From: Thraustotheca clavata
Lineage: Eukaryota
DNA: 64,000 nt
Assembly: GCA_002081575.1 (NCBI GenBank)
Contig: JNBS01000224.1
Span: 1 to 64,000 of the forward strand
Direction: 5' to 3'
Shown one piece after another: positions 1-13,327 of the stretch. The notes under the pieces are model-generated. The model searched no databases, was not told the origin of the DNA, and worked only from the letters and a program-made list of their open reading frames with translations. How positions within the stretch are numbered: the stretch's first letter is position 1; the number at the start of each line of letters is the position of its first letter. Position numbers and translations under genes: made by a program.

Positions 1-56
1 ACTTCTTTGACTTGGACGAGCCCGATAAGAGCGTGCTGATTGAATTGAACGCGCTG
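1..56 (+). repeat. Exact copy of 2755-2810 (mate-pair tag)
   Basis: 56/56 identity with 2755-2810; ends exactly at the linker. Confidence 0.95.
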
Positions 57-97
57 CGTAATAACTTCGTATAGCATACATTATACGAAGTTATACG
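57..97. other. 454 Titanium paired-end linker containing loxP (library artefact)
   Basis: CGTA-ATAACTTCGTATAGCATACATTATACGAAGTTAT-ACG; perfect 34-bp loxP at 61-94, with the flanks of the Titanium circularisation adaptor. Confidence 0.97.
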
Positions 98-3000
98 GCA
101 ATTTGAGTACTCCGATGAAATTGACCCAAAGGACGATGAATCGAGACGCCAACTTCACATTTGGATTTGACAGAACGAAGTGTAGCCGAACGCTGGACAC
201 CAACGACAGAAGCATGAATTTTATCAGACCAGCGAGCCACTTCGTGTTCAAAAATGGTACTCATTTCAAGCACAAGTAAAGGGCAATCCATCAATCGTGG
301 AGTTGACTCTGGCAAAAGTTTTCGACACGAAGTTATGTGCGAGGTGCTTTCAGCACTACGAACAAGTAGCTCACTTACTTGAGAGTAATTGTATAACCAG
401 ACTGTGGCATAAATAACAGTACGTGGACTGCCATTATCTGCCACGGTGTAGTCCAAACGAGCAGTGAAAATGTGCGATTCGGTATGGAATAATGTGACGG
501 GATCAAAGGTTCTCTTGTAGAAAGGCATTGTGTCAGTGGCTCGACGTTGGTTTGGTAAATCTGCAGCAGATATAGTTTGGTTGGAAATGTGCGTGGCTTC
601 TTGAGAAATACATCGTGCCAAACTAATTGGTGCACTCCAGTTGGAAGCTTCTTCTGGGAGACTTAACAAGATGTTGGCATTTTTATGAAATTGATACAAC
701 TCAACTTCTTCACCAGGTGCCAATGTGCCTTCACATAGTAGCATCGGTAAACCATTATTTACTGTAACTTCAACTTTATATCGAAGACGAATTGGGAGTG
801 CATTTTCAAAGACAAACCCTGCATGAAGTCGTACTTGGTACTTTGCATCATGCCCCATAATGTCAACTTCATCCACTTCCGATACATTAGATACGATTTG
901 GCCTGGGATATTCATATCATACTGCTGCTCTCGGTACACATTGCGAACATGTTCGACAATTTCCATGAAAAGACAATAGCCCCAACTGCTGGAGCTTAGT
1001 GGTTCAAGGTAAACAATGTGGCAACCCACTTTCTTGTGCAGGTCAGAAATATTAGCGATTTTAGTTCGTTTGGATTGCATCAATTGTAACACAAGGCAAT
1101 GCTCAAGATCAGAATATAAAGCAGAAAGTGGTAGCGAGTATTTGCCCCCAGGTGGCACCGTAGTCATGGACTAGAAAAAAATTAAACCAAATCGTACAAT
1201 ATAAAAGTATACCTCTTTACGAACTGTGCTGATGGAGCGTGATCGCATTGAATCTGCTTCATCTTCCGCTGCAAAGTTTGATATATCTGTCGATGGAAAA
1301 GTGCCCACATTCATCGAAAGTCCGGTCAAATTCTTGAGTTGTTTAGGAGACGACAGCATTAAAACACGTCGAAATTCATCTCTTTGAGCCACTTTGACTT
1401 CAGCTACTACATTTTCTCCACGGATAAAAAACTTTCCTGCACGCTGAAGAGGACACAATAGACTTCGCGAATTGTTATCGATAAGTACTTCCAAAGCCAG
1501 TGGTGGAACGTAGCCATTTCGAATACTTTCAGGCAACTTGACCGACATTTTTGAATCACCATCAGCAGATTCTCGAGTGTTTACTTGAGACCCAAGGCGA
1601 AATGGATCAACTGTTAATGAACCACCACTAGCCACTGTCAATACTGTCGTTTGCGATATACCCAAAGGTCTTGCTCTCGGAGTAAAGTGCAATGCTACAA
1701 GAATTTCACCCGTAATAACCCCACGACTATCTCTTAAACGATGCCACTGACAAAACTTAATTCTCTTGCTTTCTGGATCTGAAGTCCCCATCAAACTACC
1801 CGAAAGATTAAGCTCCACTGTACCGACGGCAACCCATTTATCATTGGCATTTGTATTCTCTTCTGAAATCATGGCTTGAGTTCCATCAAGTTGCATTTGG
1901 ACAGCATGTTCATGTTTTTCAATCAAAGCACTCACTTTCACCCGCAGCTTTGGCGCCACACCAGCATTAGCCCCCCCATATTCCATTTTAAAAGTGTGAC
2001 TTAGCGAATCGAGAATGCCACTGCTTTCTTGTGGACTCCACCATGGAAGCAGTACAGCTTCCACTTGAACATCATGAAAACGAGTGTAGTGAGGCAAGCT
2101 CCATCCATCTCGAATTTCAATGGTGAGCTCTCCAGGGTTGGAAGTATTAAGATTAGCTAGGCGAATTGGTACACCCAAGTTATTCCAAACAGAAACGCAT
2201 TCGTATTGCTCAGCTGTCGGTGGTAGTAAAAAGCCATTTTGTTTAGTAGGCAAAGCAAGTTTGCGGTGCTTTTGAACACTGCAAAGCAAACGCACGAGAG
2301 CCTCGGTAAAATTGATATTCAATCGTTCACGAGCCTTTAAGATAATACCCAGTTGTTGTCTTGGGCTTTTAGACACGTCCATTGTGACCATCCAAGGCTC
2401 AACTAATGGTTCCCAATCGGCTAATGCAGTATTGTAATACCGTGCAAGCAAGACGACGCTCACTGTAGATAAATAGTCGAGTTTGCATTCACTGCCAGTT
2501 GACCCAAGGATAGAGAGTTTACTAAGACTGAGCTTCATCACTGGAATATACGTATCCATTGCAACTCTGGAAAGACTGCGCTTGACAACTTCAAATACAA
2601 TTGCTTCACATTCGACTTTGATTGTATCTTGTACTTGATGCCATACACGATGTAAAGAAGGCTCTGCCAGTGCAACAAAAGACTGAAAAGACAAAATGGG
2701 GCCAATGTATTGCACAAGTGGACCACTGCCAAGTTCAGAGCGCATTGATCGCAAACTTCTTTGACTTGGACGAGCCCGATAAGAGCGTGCTGATTGAATT
2801 GAACGCGCTGAGTATTGAGACTCCACACGTCTTGCGCGCTTAAACCGCGTGGATGATGCTGGACTGTGTGGCGTCAACTCTACCAATCTTGTTGGGGAAT
2901 CTGGTGGAGTCTGCACCATATCCATGTAGTCTAAATACTCTTGATTTTCAATGTCATCGTATTCGTCTTCTTCGGTGTGCTGCAAAGCTTCAAAAAGTTG

Positions 3001-6000
3001 GTATAAAATGCGCATTCTTCCGTCCGCCTCAAGCTTTATTTGACCAATTTTGATTGTGGTGCTTCTTTGCAAAGATGCCATCAAGAATTCGTAATTAATT
3101 TGAAAGCTTTCGATTTGAGCTAGTCGAAGTTGATTGTCTTTGGTCATGACATAAAGCGACATCGAACCAAGACGTAAATCCAATTTTTCAGCGTCAGGTG
3201 CGGTTGAATAAACCAACTTGTTCTTCTCCATTGTTAGCTTTGCTACACAGTGTTTCTCTTCAAAATAAGCTTCAAGCATAGGAATCTGGACATCCAAATG
3301 CGCATTTGGTACTCTCAAGTATGGTTCAGGTGCACCTGGTGGAACAGAAGTACTGGTATCAGAAGTCCAAAGAGGAGATAACTCTTTCAATGCATCAGTA
3401 ATGGCAGAGTTAAAATCATGGGGCATAAGGCATCCACAGAAGATTAGGTTCACATTAAGCCCAGGAGAAGTGCAACCCTCGAATTTAACTAGAGCTGATG
3501 GTCCTCGATAAAAAGCTCTCAATCTTAATGAACCTTTGTTGTCGAGATGCTCTGAAGTGATGGCCACAGCTTGTAGTTTGCCATTTTCGTACTCCAAAAA
3601 AGTATCTCCAAGGTACAAAACACTGTGGGTTCGTTGCCAACGTCGATCTCGAACTTCTAGTTTATTTACTGAAAAATCAACAGAAAAGGCCCCAGCTTCT
3701 TCCAGAGACGCTTGAGAAGGATAATGCTGGCAAAAAGATAGAGAAACACCACTGGCATACAAGGTAATCCAAGAGGACATTTCACCGTACATCGCCCAAA
3801 CATTTTTCTTCTGACATGGCTTTAGGGTACTGGTAAAGGTCAATGGCAAATGAGACCGAAGCCATGTAGACCAACCTAGTTTTGCTTTCTTTTGCCGTCT
3901 TGAAATGTCGACAGAATGATTGCGAACTGCTTGGCATTTTACAAAAAGACTCTGTCTCCAGTCAGCCAATTCTTTAGCAGAATAGGATGCCAGTAAAAAA
4001 GATGAAGTTGTGGTTGATTTCTTCCCATCGACAATCGATTCAGACTTTAAAGTGACTTCCAGACAGTATGAAATTGTAGTTGCAGAGTCTCCAGCAGGCC
4101 CAAGATGCTCAAAATCAATGTGCTTGATTCGTACACTCTCACGATTATTCTTTTTATCGTCGTCTTTATCCTTTTCTGTTTGATTGAGGTTTTCCCAATC
4201 GACCATTTGTGAAATATTACCAACATGCAATACACTATCAACTTGTTCGACATATTCTTCACCGATAAGAGCTCTGCCAGTATGGCTTTCATAAAAGCGT
4301 AAGACTCCAAATTCATCCAAAAAAACGAAATATTCATGCCATCGACGAAAAGCCAAGGATAAATCCTGTCGAAAGAGCCATCCTTTATGAACATCCATCG
4401 GAAACTTGCCCATAGTATATGTTCGTAGACCAATTTTATCCATTCTTGGTTGGCGTGATGTTAAGTCCAGAGCATTGTTCTTGTATAGTTCATGAAGTTC
4501 TTCCAGCTTAAGTTTCCACCATTCCATGACGCTTTTATCACTATAAGCCAGGAGAAGTTCAATACTAGATGAGTGTGGTGGAGCTTCTTGAATAGTATTA
4601 TGAACTTGGAATTCGACAAGAAAGGTGAGCTTTAAGTAGTACAAACTTTCCTGTGTAAGTGGCCCCATAATATACTTGTCTAGAACAACCACTGACTGCA
4701 ATTGTTCAATGAGAAAGGAGTCAATATAAGAAGCCAAAGAATTGTCTTTGTAAATTCGCAACACTCCGCCATTTTCAAGCACGAAATACAACTCTTCCCA
4801 TCGTTGACAGCGTAAACGAATATCTTCTTTGTAGATGTATCCTTCCACTAAATGATTCACAGGCTCAACGTCTAAGCTCACTTCTTTTTTGACAGCTTTT
4901 ACTACGCAACGAGTTTTCTTGTTCAAAAGCGGAAAAGCAACTTTTCGAACCAAAGCTCCACGGACATATCTCTGGAAGTGAATTATTCCTTTTACAACTT
5001 TTTCAAGCATAAAGTTTTCACGAAGCCAGTCTTGGATAGTTGTGGTGGTATTGTGAATAGTAAGTTGACTAAAGATTGATTGATAAGTGGGTTTTGATGT
5101 TGATGTAGCTCGACGCATTGGCACCACTGCACATCCCACAAAACATCTGAGTGATCCAAATGAAGCTGTGTACTTAATGTTGCAAGGCGATGGGTTTTGA
5201 GGTGCATTTAAGTCAGTGATTGTTGACGTTGTTGGTAAATTCTCTTCAATGAAACTTGATAGATCGATTTGTGGTCTTGGTGGAAATGCCAATGTTGAAA
5301 ATTCACTCCATGCTGCCATAAACTTCTGGAATTTCTTGGCATCATATACAATGACAATGTCTCCAACATGTAAGCCATACTCTGTAGCATACGTAGATAA
5401 ATCTGATGGAATCACAGCAGGATGATCTTTTTCAAGATAGTTCATTCTAAACCAAAGTGAGGGTTTACTTTGTGGTGCCGATCGCATTTGATCAACACTC
5501 GAGATGATGCATGAGCTTGAGTTAGCTACAGCAATGGACTCTTGTAGATAAAAGTGCTGGGCCACAATGGAGTAAGAATGATAAGAAAAGAACCCTGGTC
5601 CAAAGCCTTGTATAGCAATATCAACGCCTTGAAAAGTAGCACTTGATACAACTTTCCTGCACGTAGTCAAGACGATACGCAATTCAACTTCATTTGCAAC
5701 AAAGCGAAGAGAAGACACGATTTGATCAGGTGTGACAATAGCAGGAACAACTTCGGGATGCCGAAAAGTGAAAAGAGCACTGCCTTTTCCAATCTTTTTC
5801 TTGAGGTTGTTTACCAAATCCAGGGTACCGTCCAAATCTTTATCCAAGTAATCATTTGGTGTTTTGTTGTTGACTTTAATCAAAATCATGCCAGGTTTAA
5901 TAACCTTTTTGTCACGTGCCTGGCCAAAGCATTGCACCACCACTGGAGATCCATCAATCATTGCAAACTTAAGTCCAAAATCCTTTGGTCCTTCAAATTT

Positions 6001-7326
6001 CAAACTGACCTCTGGTGTTGGCACACTGTAAACCTCACCCATCATAGCAAAAGCACTTTGATTGACTTCATGATCGCTTGAATTGCTTTCAAATGGCAAA
6101 TCTACTTCATTCCTTAGATGAACAATTGTATCAAGTGGCAAAAGTTGTTCGAGAAGTAAAAGTTGTTTCCATTGTTCACTTTTCTTTAGTGTTTCCCAAT
6201 TGTGCTGTTTGAAATGTAATATTTGAAATGCTTTCCAATGCGCCAAATACTTCTTTTTCATGTCCTCATTAAAATTTTGCCGTTCATTAGCTAAAACACT
6301 ACAAGCAATTGCATTTCTCCATTGATCATGCAGGCCAAATGAGTCCAAAATCCACATAATAAGCACCATTTGTTCATTGTCAAGCATTCCAATAAGTTTA
6401 GTAATTTCAAAAAGAGCATCATATCGAGGAATAGACGAGTGCAATGTCTTTAAGGCCACGTTCATTGTAAGCTTTAAAGTTACATGAAATGGAGCCAAAA
6501 CAAACCGATGAGTATGTTGTTCATTGTGTTGTGTCCACCATCGGATATTTGAATTCATATCAGCCATTGTTTTCAATCGAGCAAGCGTCACATGAAGTAC
6601 TTTGGGATGTTTAGACGTATGCACAAAGTGTAAAGCATGAGGATCCACGTATGCAGAAAGATTGATAGCTTGAATAAGTTTAAATACGACATGATCTCCA
6701 TTTTCATCAGGTCCATTCGAATATTGTCCAGTACGCCAATTTCCTCCTGTTGTTTCTGCATATAGAGCTCCAATGCTAAAGCCAACAGCAAATTTACTTT
6801 CTCTCTCTCCTTCAAAGCGAATATGAACATTCTTCAATTCGACTTGTAAATTATCCATAAGTCTTGTCACAAGTCGTCCAAAGAATCCATCAGCTCCATA
6901 ATATCCATTCTCGTTCTTGTTGTTTTCATCAATAAACTGTGTTTTATCAATCGGTGGACCATGTATTCGTTCCAAGATATCTTTTTCCAATAAAGCTCGT
7001 TTCTCAAGCTTTAAATTTTGAATTTCTTTCGCTTTTTCATCTTCATTCAGTTGACGTGGAGACAAGATCACAAGTACATCGCTTAAAGTAACTTTAGCTG
7101 GTGTTGTACCTAACGATTTGAATGGAATACTCAATGCAAGCGACCCAATAAGTCCTGCTTTGAGTCTAAACGGTAGAAAGTTCGGAATCACGCTATCTTT
7201 CAAGTTCACATTATGACAACGCACATTCTCGTCTTGCAGAACGTTAATATGCAGATCTAACTTGTCACTTTCAATCCATTCTCCAAGGAGCTTCTCCACA
7301 AGCGCTTTAATGCGTCCTTCGATCAT
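98..7326 (-). CDS. VPS13: VPS13-family lipid transfer protein with PDZ, IQ, two PH and C2 inserts; 3' end truncated
   Basis: Chorein-N start MIEGRIKALVEKLLGEWI, ...LMDNLQVELKNVHIRFE; YYNTALADWEPLVEPW motif; VAB-like repeats; intron 1171-1212 joins the 2062-aa and 358-aa ORFs; the apparent stop at 91-93 lies inside the linker. Confidence 0.85.
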
Positions 7327-7530
7327 ATCGGCATGCAATAATTTAAAAATGAATTCCACCTACAAACTTTATATAACGTTACATAATATTATTCAACGTA
7401 CTATACGAATTTCTATTGGCTATTGTTTGAAATACTCCAATGTGATTGGTAGATCATGTATCTAAGATGTTAAAGACACTAAGTTGATGGAATATGATCA
7501 TTTTCATTAAGAAAAGATGATCAAAATGAT

Positions 7531-8372
7531 CTATGGTTGCTTTTTACATGAGAGTTTATGAACACGCCAATGCGATCGTTGGCAATCAACACTGCAGTAG
7601 TATTCAGCTTGACAGCGTGAGCAACGATGAATTCCTTTGGCTGAACAAGATGGAGAAGCACATACATGACCTGAAATCGATGCAGTCGAGACTTTGGGAT
7701 TTGATTGATTCTGAGCTACTTTAATCCACTCGGCATCGCCATTGATCTCGGAAAGCTTGAAATTCATACGTACAAATGCATCATCTAGATCGGATAAGCA
7801 ATTATTCTTATTGAATGATAGTGTACCATTGTCAAATACACGTCCGATGAATGCATCACCACGAACTTCAAGCATTTTCCCACACGTTTGAGCAATGGCA
7901 GATGCACGCATATTAATCGGTAAATTCTTTGCAGTACCTTTATCATCCACATACATATTAACTCCAACATGTTGCACTGCTGGTGAATTTACAATCAATG
8001 GTACCGAATCCACCAAACTATCCATCTACATACCAATATCAACATCATTGCAAATAAACATGTTTTTTTACTTGTAGCATCATGGCCATCATTTCATCAT
8101 TCATCGTTGCACCTTTTGGCATCTAAATATTCTTTTTAAAAGTCCCATTTTCATGTACAACTAGTTACCTGAGCAAGAATTTGTTGACGAAAAGCTCCTC
8201 GTTGTTCTTCTGTTGTAGCTCCTCCTGTTTTTTGCTTAAAATGGGCTCGCAATCGTTCAGTCAAACAACCAATTTGTTCATCCACATCTTTAGGCAAATC
8301 AATCTTCCATTCTTCCATTTCCAATGCATCATCGGCAGGAATGTACACGATACTAAATTGCTGCTTGTTCAT
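7531..8372 (-). CDS. MYND zinc-finger protein (multi-exon)
   Basis: C-terminal CASPSC...CSRCQAEYYCSVDCQRSHWRVHKLSC; short GT-AG introns link the ORFs. Confidence 0.85.
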
Positions 8373-8497
8373 CTCCACTGATTTATAAGTATGCCACAAT
8401 TACCACAATTATGACCATCCTTAATATATCTTAAATGTGGCATTGGCAGAGAGGCGCGGGAACAAAGCATTATTTTTTACTAAGAAACTTGGTTCGA

Positions 8498-9277
8498 ATG
8501 ACGCAATTCAATATACCTCATAAGATGCCTCTACGTACAAAGCGTGTTCTACAAGGCGAGCTACAGCTTATAATCGGTCCAATGTTTAGTGGCAAAACAA
8601 CGGAGCTCATTCGACGCATGCGCAGGTACCATCATGCTCAGCTAAAGTGTCTTGTGGTACGATCAGCGATTGATGAACGATACACAACAGAAGAGTATAT
8701 GAGATTAGATTGCAGTAGATTGATGAAATGAACTAGTTTGATCAGTACGCATGACAAGCAAATGATTCCTGCGACACCAGTGAAAAATTTGGTTGAAATT
8801 AAAGATGAATTTGTCAATTATGATGTCATTGGCATTGATGAAGGACATTTTTACTCGGATGTAAGTACTTTTAAACCATTTAAAGCTATCTTAAGTGTGT
8901 AGTTGGATGCATTTTGTGATATGGCTGCAGATGAAGGAAAAATCATTATTGGTAAGCACTAAGAATTGCAATAAGATTAATAAGTAAATTAGTGGCTGCA
9001 TTGGATGGTACTTTTGAACGCAAACCATTTCCTCAAGTGTGTGGATTGATTCCTAGAGCAGAGCATGTGACTAAACTCAGTGCTGTGTGTGCTCTTTGTG
9101 GCACTGATGCCTCCTTCACAAGGCGAATTGTCAACAATACTGCCATTGAGGTATATCTTTGCATAAATATGAGATTTTCATCCATGAAAATAGTTAGTCG
9201 GTGGTAGTGATATGTATCAACCAGTGTGCCGATCCTGCTTTACATTGCCTCAAACTGTGCAGGAAAAGGTTGCATAA
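8498..9277 (+). CDS. TK1: Thymidine kinase (TK1 type, multi-exon); start may be 8525
   Basis: GELQLIIGPMFSGKTTELIRR P-loop, VIGIDEGHF, AALDGTFERKPF, KLSAVC..C, VGGSDMYQPVCRSC. Confidence 0.95.
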
Positions 9278-9310
9278 ACTAATGACAAGCAATGAATATG
9301 TGTACATTGA

Positions 9311-10477
9311 TTAAGTGTACAATGAACTAAAAGTTTCTCGAGCTCCGGAGGGGATATCAGTCATCCATCCACCGCATATCATGAGGCATATACTGTTGAT
9401 ATTATCATAATCCTCTCCAAGGATCTCTTTAAGTTTACCAGCGTAAATGGGTGCCAACTATTTCATGAATAAGTCTTGAAAGGATTATGATAATTGTACC
9501 GTAGCTCCACATGCAGGTTCTACCAAGAATTTATGATCATTGGCAAAACGAATGCATGCATCAAGAGCTTCTGCATCGCTTACACTGCTTGCATGGATAT
9601 CAAACTTTTGTGCATAAGAGAATGCAGTCTCTGACACAGCTGAGGCCCCAAGTGATCGAGCAACTGTATTGATGCTGCTCAAAGTAACTCGTTTTCCTGT
9701 TTTCACCGATTGCTCAAGTTTATTTGCCCCATGAGTCTCCATTGTTAAGATCTTGGTTGATTCCCAGCCATATCTAATGATGTATAAGTACTGCATTATA
9801 ATGAATTGTTACTTTTCAAGACCATGAGCAATGCCTGAAAAATAGCCACCTCCGCCAACAGCCACAACAACCAAATCAGGCTGTTCAATTTGTTCATGAA
9901 GCTCAGCAATTGCACTTGCATTTCCATCTCTACGTATCATCTTTATAAGCTTTGAATTGTTATCTCATGACGTACACAATATCTGGATGATCAAATGGAG
10001 GAATATAAGCAATATTTTCTCCAGTTTTTGACTCCATAAAGTTCAAAGCTGCTTGATGAGCTTCTAGCCAAACCTATTACCAATTGAGAGCTTGATTTTT
10101 TATTAATGTACATACTTTGCCAGATACTTTGACAGTCACACCTTCAATTTCCAATCTTGTGCGCATGTACTGTGGAGTTGATTCAGGGACAAATACAGTA
10201 GCTGGAACACCAAGCTTTTGTGCACTACATGCAACAGCAAGTCCAGCATTCCCTCCAGAGCTAGCAATCAAATGCACTGCTCCTCGTTCAACAGCACGTT
10301 GGCACTACATGAGAATTCAATCAAATTTCATATTTTGTACAATACCGCTGTACCAACCCCTCGAAGCTTGAAGCTTCCTGAAGGCTGGCAATTGTCTAGC
10401 TTCAAATACACCTTCTTCTTAGCGAGATGGCTCAATACACGGCTTTCAATTACAGGTGTCACAACGTGGAGGGACAT
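9311..10477 (-). CDS. PLP-dependent L-serine/threonine dehydratase (multi-exon)
   Basis: LKLDNCQPSGSFKLRG, SSGGNAG, PPFDHPDI, VAVGGGG, LVEPACGA, ICGG; exact C-terminus uncertain. Confidence 0.9.
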
Positions 10478-10860
10478 GGCAATTTCAGAAATGAAGATCT
10501 ATTTGATCACCTCGACAACCTTCTCTGGATTGGCTAAAATTCAACATGAGTCATGAGATCTGATTGGTCCTCATGATGAAGTTACCGAAAGTAGATAAGA
10601 TGCTAGGTAAAGCATTTGAATTCGAATCATATTCAACATGCTTTTGACTACGATTCAAGCAGATCATAGCCACAGATGTGGACACGTTGATCAAGCTGAC
10701 GTAATGATGTGATGAATTTGTTTTGATTACGAAGTTCAATTAATGAATAGTAAACGTTCTTAATTGGTAGTAATTAATACGAAGGGATTGGCTAAAATTA
10801 TTTGAATCATAGAAGATTGATTGGTTAGGAGAAGGTTTTTCATCAAGTGCACGAAGCATA

Positions 10861-11336
10861 ATGTCCCAACGTCGTCTACTTCCTCTTGGTGAGTGAATAT
10901 ATATGTCTATGATCATCTTGGCGTGGGCCTTTTAACAGAAACTCATTGTATGAATGTAGAGCTTATTGATAAATGCATTGGTTCGCGTATTTGGATCATT
11001 ATGAAAGGCGACAAGGAGTTTGTTGGTACACTTCGTGGTTTTGACGATTATGTCAGTAAGTTTGAACATCGATGATCGTATAATGATAAATTCCTTTGTA
11101 GATATGGTCCTTGATGATGTTACAGAATAGTAAGAAGGATGTGAATGATTTGATCAACTGATGCATTTTGTAGTGAAGTGACACCTGAAGGTAAACGAAA
11201 GATTCAAGTTGATCAAGTTCTTTTGAATGGCAATAATGTCTGCCTTGTAAGATGATTATTGTACAATCCTTATATTTACTATGCTTCGTAGCTTGTTCCT
11301 GGTGGTTCTCCTGAAGGTGAATCTGAAGAGCAATAA
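10861..11336 (+). CDS. LSM5: U6 snRNA-associated Sm-like protein LSm5 (5 exons)
   Basis: Spliced [46 protein letters not shown]...[14 protein letters not shown]. Confidence 0.95.
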
Positions 11337-11559
11337 GAAAGCAATAGGTTTTCATCTTTAAAGTATTCAAATTGCTTTTTGATATTGTCTTGTTCCCGTG
11401 TAAACTTTAGAAACTAGCTTACGGCAATCAATTAACAATGATATCAAATGGATTGCAACTTAATGATTAACCTTAAAAGTACTCTTCCAATTTTTTACAA
11501 ATACAATAAGCAAACAATAAGTCTTGTTTTATTCTATCTATGTAAACACAATGTGCTTT

Positions 11560-11937
11560 TTATTTCTTAGATTTCGAAGCATTCTTTTCCTTGATAGCAC
11601 GTCGATATGACAACGTAATCAATCGTCGCTTTTCTTCCATAGTTTCCAAGCTATCGTATCCCTTACGTTCCAATTCACCAAGTGTTGGTTGTGGTTCCAA
11701 CAATGTAAAAAGCCATTCTGGGTACTCTTCACGTGCTTTCAATTCAGGATGAGCACCATCTTTCAAGATATTCACTGGTGCATATTTGGTCACATCCACA
11801 ACTTCTTCCGCCACCTTTGGAGAAGCACCCTTTTTATCTTTACCACCTTTAGCTGGAGCCTTGGCTGGTGCAGCAAATCCACGGATAGCTACAGACACAC
11901 GCACAGATTGGACTCGGGCAGCGCGTAAAGCAAACAT
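11560..11937 (-). CDS. MRPL54: Mitochondrial ribosomal protein mL54 (L37 family)
   Basis: Presequence MFALRAARVQSVR; VNILKDGAHPELKAREEYPEWLFTL and RRAIKEKN motifs. Confidence 0.85.
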   Translation of the reverse strand: MFALRAARVQSVRVSVAIRGFAAPAKAPAKGGKDKKGASPKVAEEVVDVTKYAPVNILKDGAHPELKAREEYPEWLFTLLEPQPTLGELERKGYDSLETMEEKRRLITLSYRRAIKEKNASKSKK

Positions 11938-13249
11938 ATCTCCAACCAGACAACTCGCAAATGCTTTCCACGCCAACAACCCGATTCGCCAATCCGTCGT
12001 ACAGCTATCCGGACAGTATCCGTACTCGATATCACCAGAACAAGTAATACTGTTCAACGCTGAAAATCAAATTTCATCAAATACATTGTGAGAACTACAA
12101 GTGAAAGAGTCTTCATCTTTAAAAAGCCAAAGCTGTTGCAAATAGCATCACCAAAATCAGTGCTGAAATACACTAAACATTTCTTAAGCAACTTTTTTCG
12201 CAACAATTCCACTAGCATTTAGACTAATAAGCATTAATAACCACATCAAAATCATTGTTAACTTGTGAATTATTCAAGCTAGTGGATCTAATAGCATCTA
12301 CATTATCAATATCGCCCAAATGACTAAATTTGATTTAAAAGCAGATCTTTTTTAGGTGATTTTTTAAACAATGATAAATATATCAATTGCTATACCCATT
12401 GGAATCATCCAAATAATGAAAATTCAATGCAACGATAGCCACAATGAGCTTTTACACCTCGACAAAGATGAAATACACTTAGTGTTTCCAATTGTTGTAT
12501 TAAAATTGAAAAAAATGATAAAACCAGTATTAATATGTAAAGGTAAGAGAATTTGACAGGAATTGCATTTAATTCAACCGGAGAAGGAATGAATGCAAGA
12601 TGCTGCTTCATTTGCAATGCACTTTAATTACATTAGCATATTTATTGCATCAAATGTGCACGTTCCTTTGGCTATAAAATCCCGAAGTAAATGTGATTGT
12701 CATTGACTCGTCTTCAGATCAAGAGATTGAAAACAAATTCAAAGGAACCCAATAACGAGCAAGTCCAACTTGATTCTGGATGATAATAAACAACCAAGCA
12801 AAGTACACAAACGTAATGAACATAATAAAAAATGAAGCCAAAGCAGATTCAGATTCAGGCAACGATTAACCACCCCCTCCAGTTATCAATACATTCAAAT
12901 CAACCCTTGCTTCAGTAGTAATTGAACTATCATCCGACGATGAAGAAGACATCCCACGCCACTTCCACCATTGCAAGCAGACTCAACGTATGAGTCCGAA
13001 TAAGTGTTAAACTAATCAGTACCCATCATATTACCGAATTCGTTTGTCATGAACCTATGTAGTATAGCTTTTAAACAATAAAAACCCACTTGATAAGAAC
13101 AAACGCGAATTTCAAATATAAGTTTATTCTTTCCCTCGAAACTTCCTTCTTGACTCTGCGAACATTCATGAGATTTAAAGACACGTCATTGCAAACTTCT
13201 TGATTGGTTACCTCAAGTTGCTACCGAATAGTCGCGAAATACACTTAGA

Positions 13250-13294
13250 TTAGCTGTCCAATCAAATCGTCACTTTTTAGCTGTCCAATCAAAT
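13250..13294 (+). promoter_or_regulatory. 18-bp direct repeat, each copy holding a CCAAT box, upstream of TrxR
   Basis: TTAGCTGTCCAATCAAAT at 13250-13267 and 13277-13294. Confidence 0.6.
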
Positions 13295-13327
13295 GGTTTA
13301 AAAATATCGTCTTTTTTGTGAACAACC

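Noticed and set aside
61..94. loxP as a natural or engineered Cre/lox system
   Set aside because: The flanks match the 454 linker and the adjacent 56 bp duplicate sequence 2.7 kb away; no recombinase or second site
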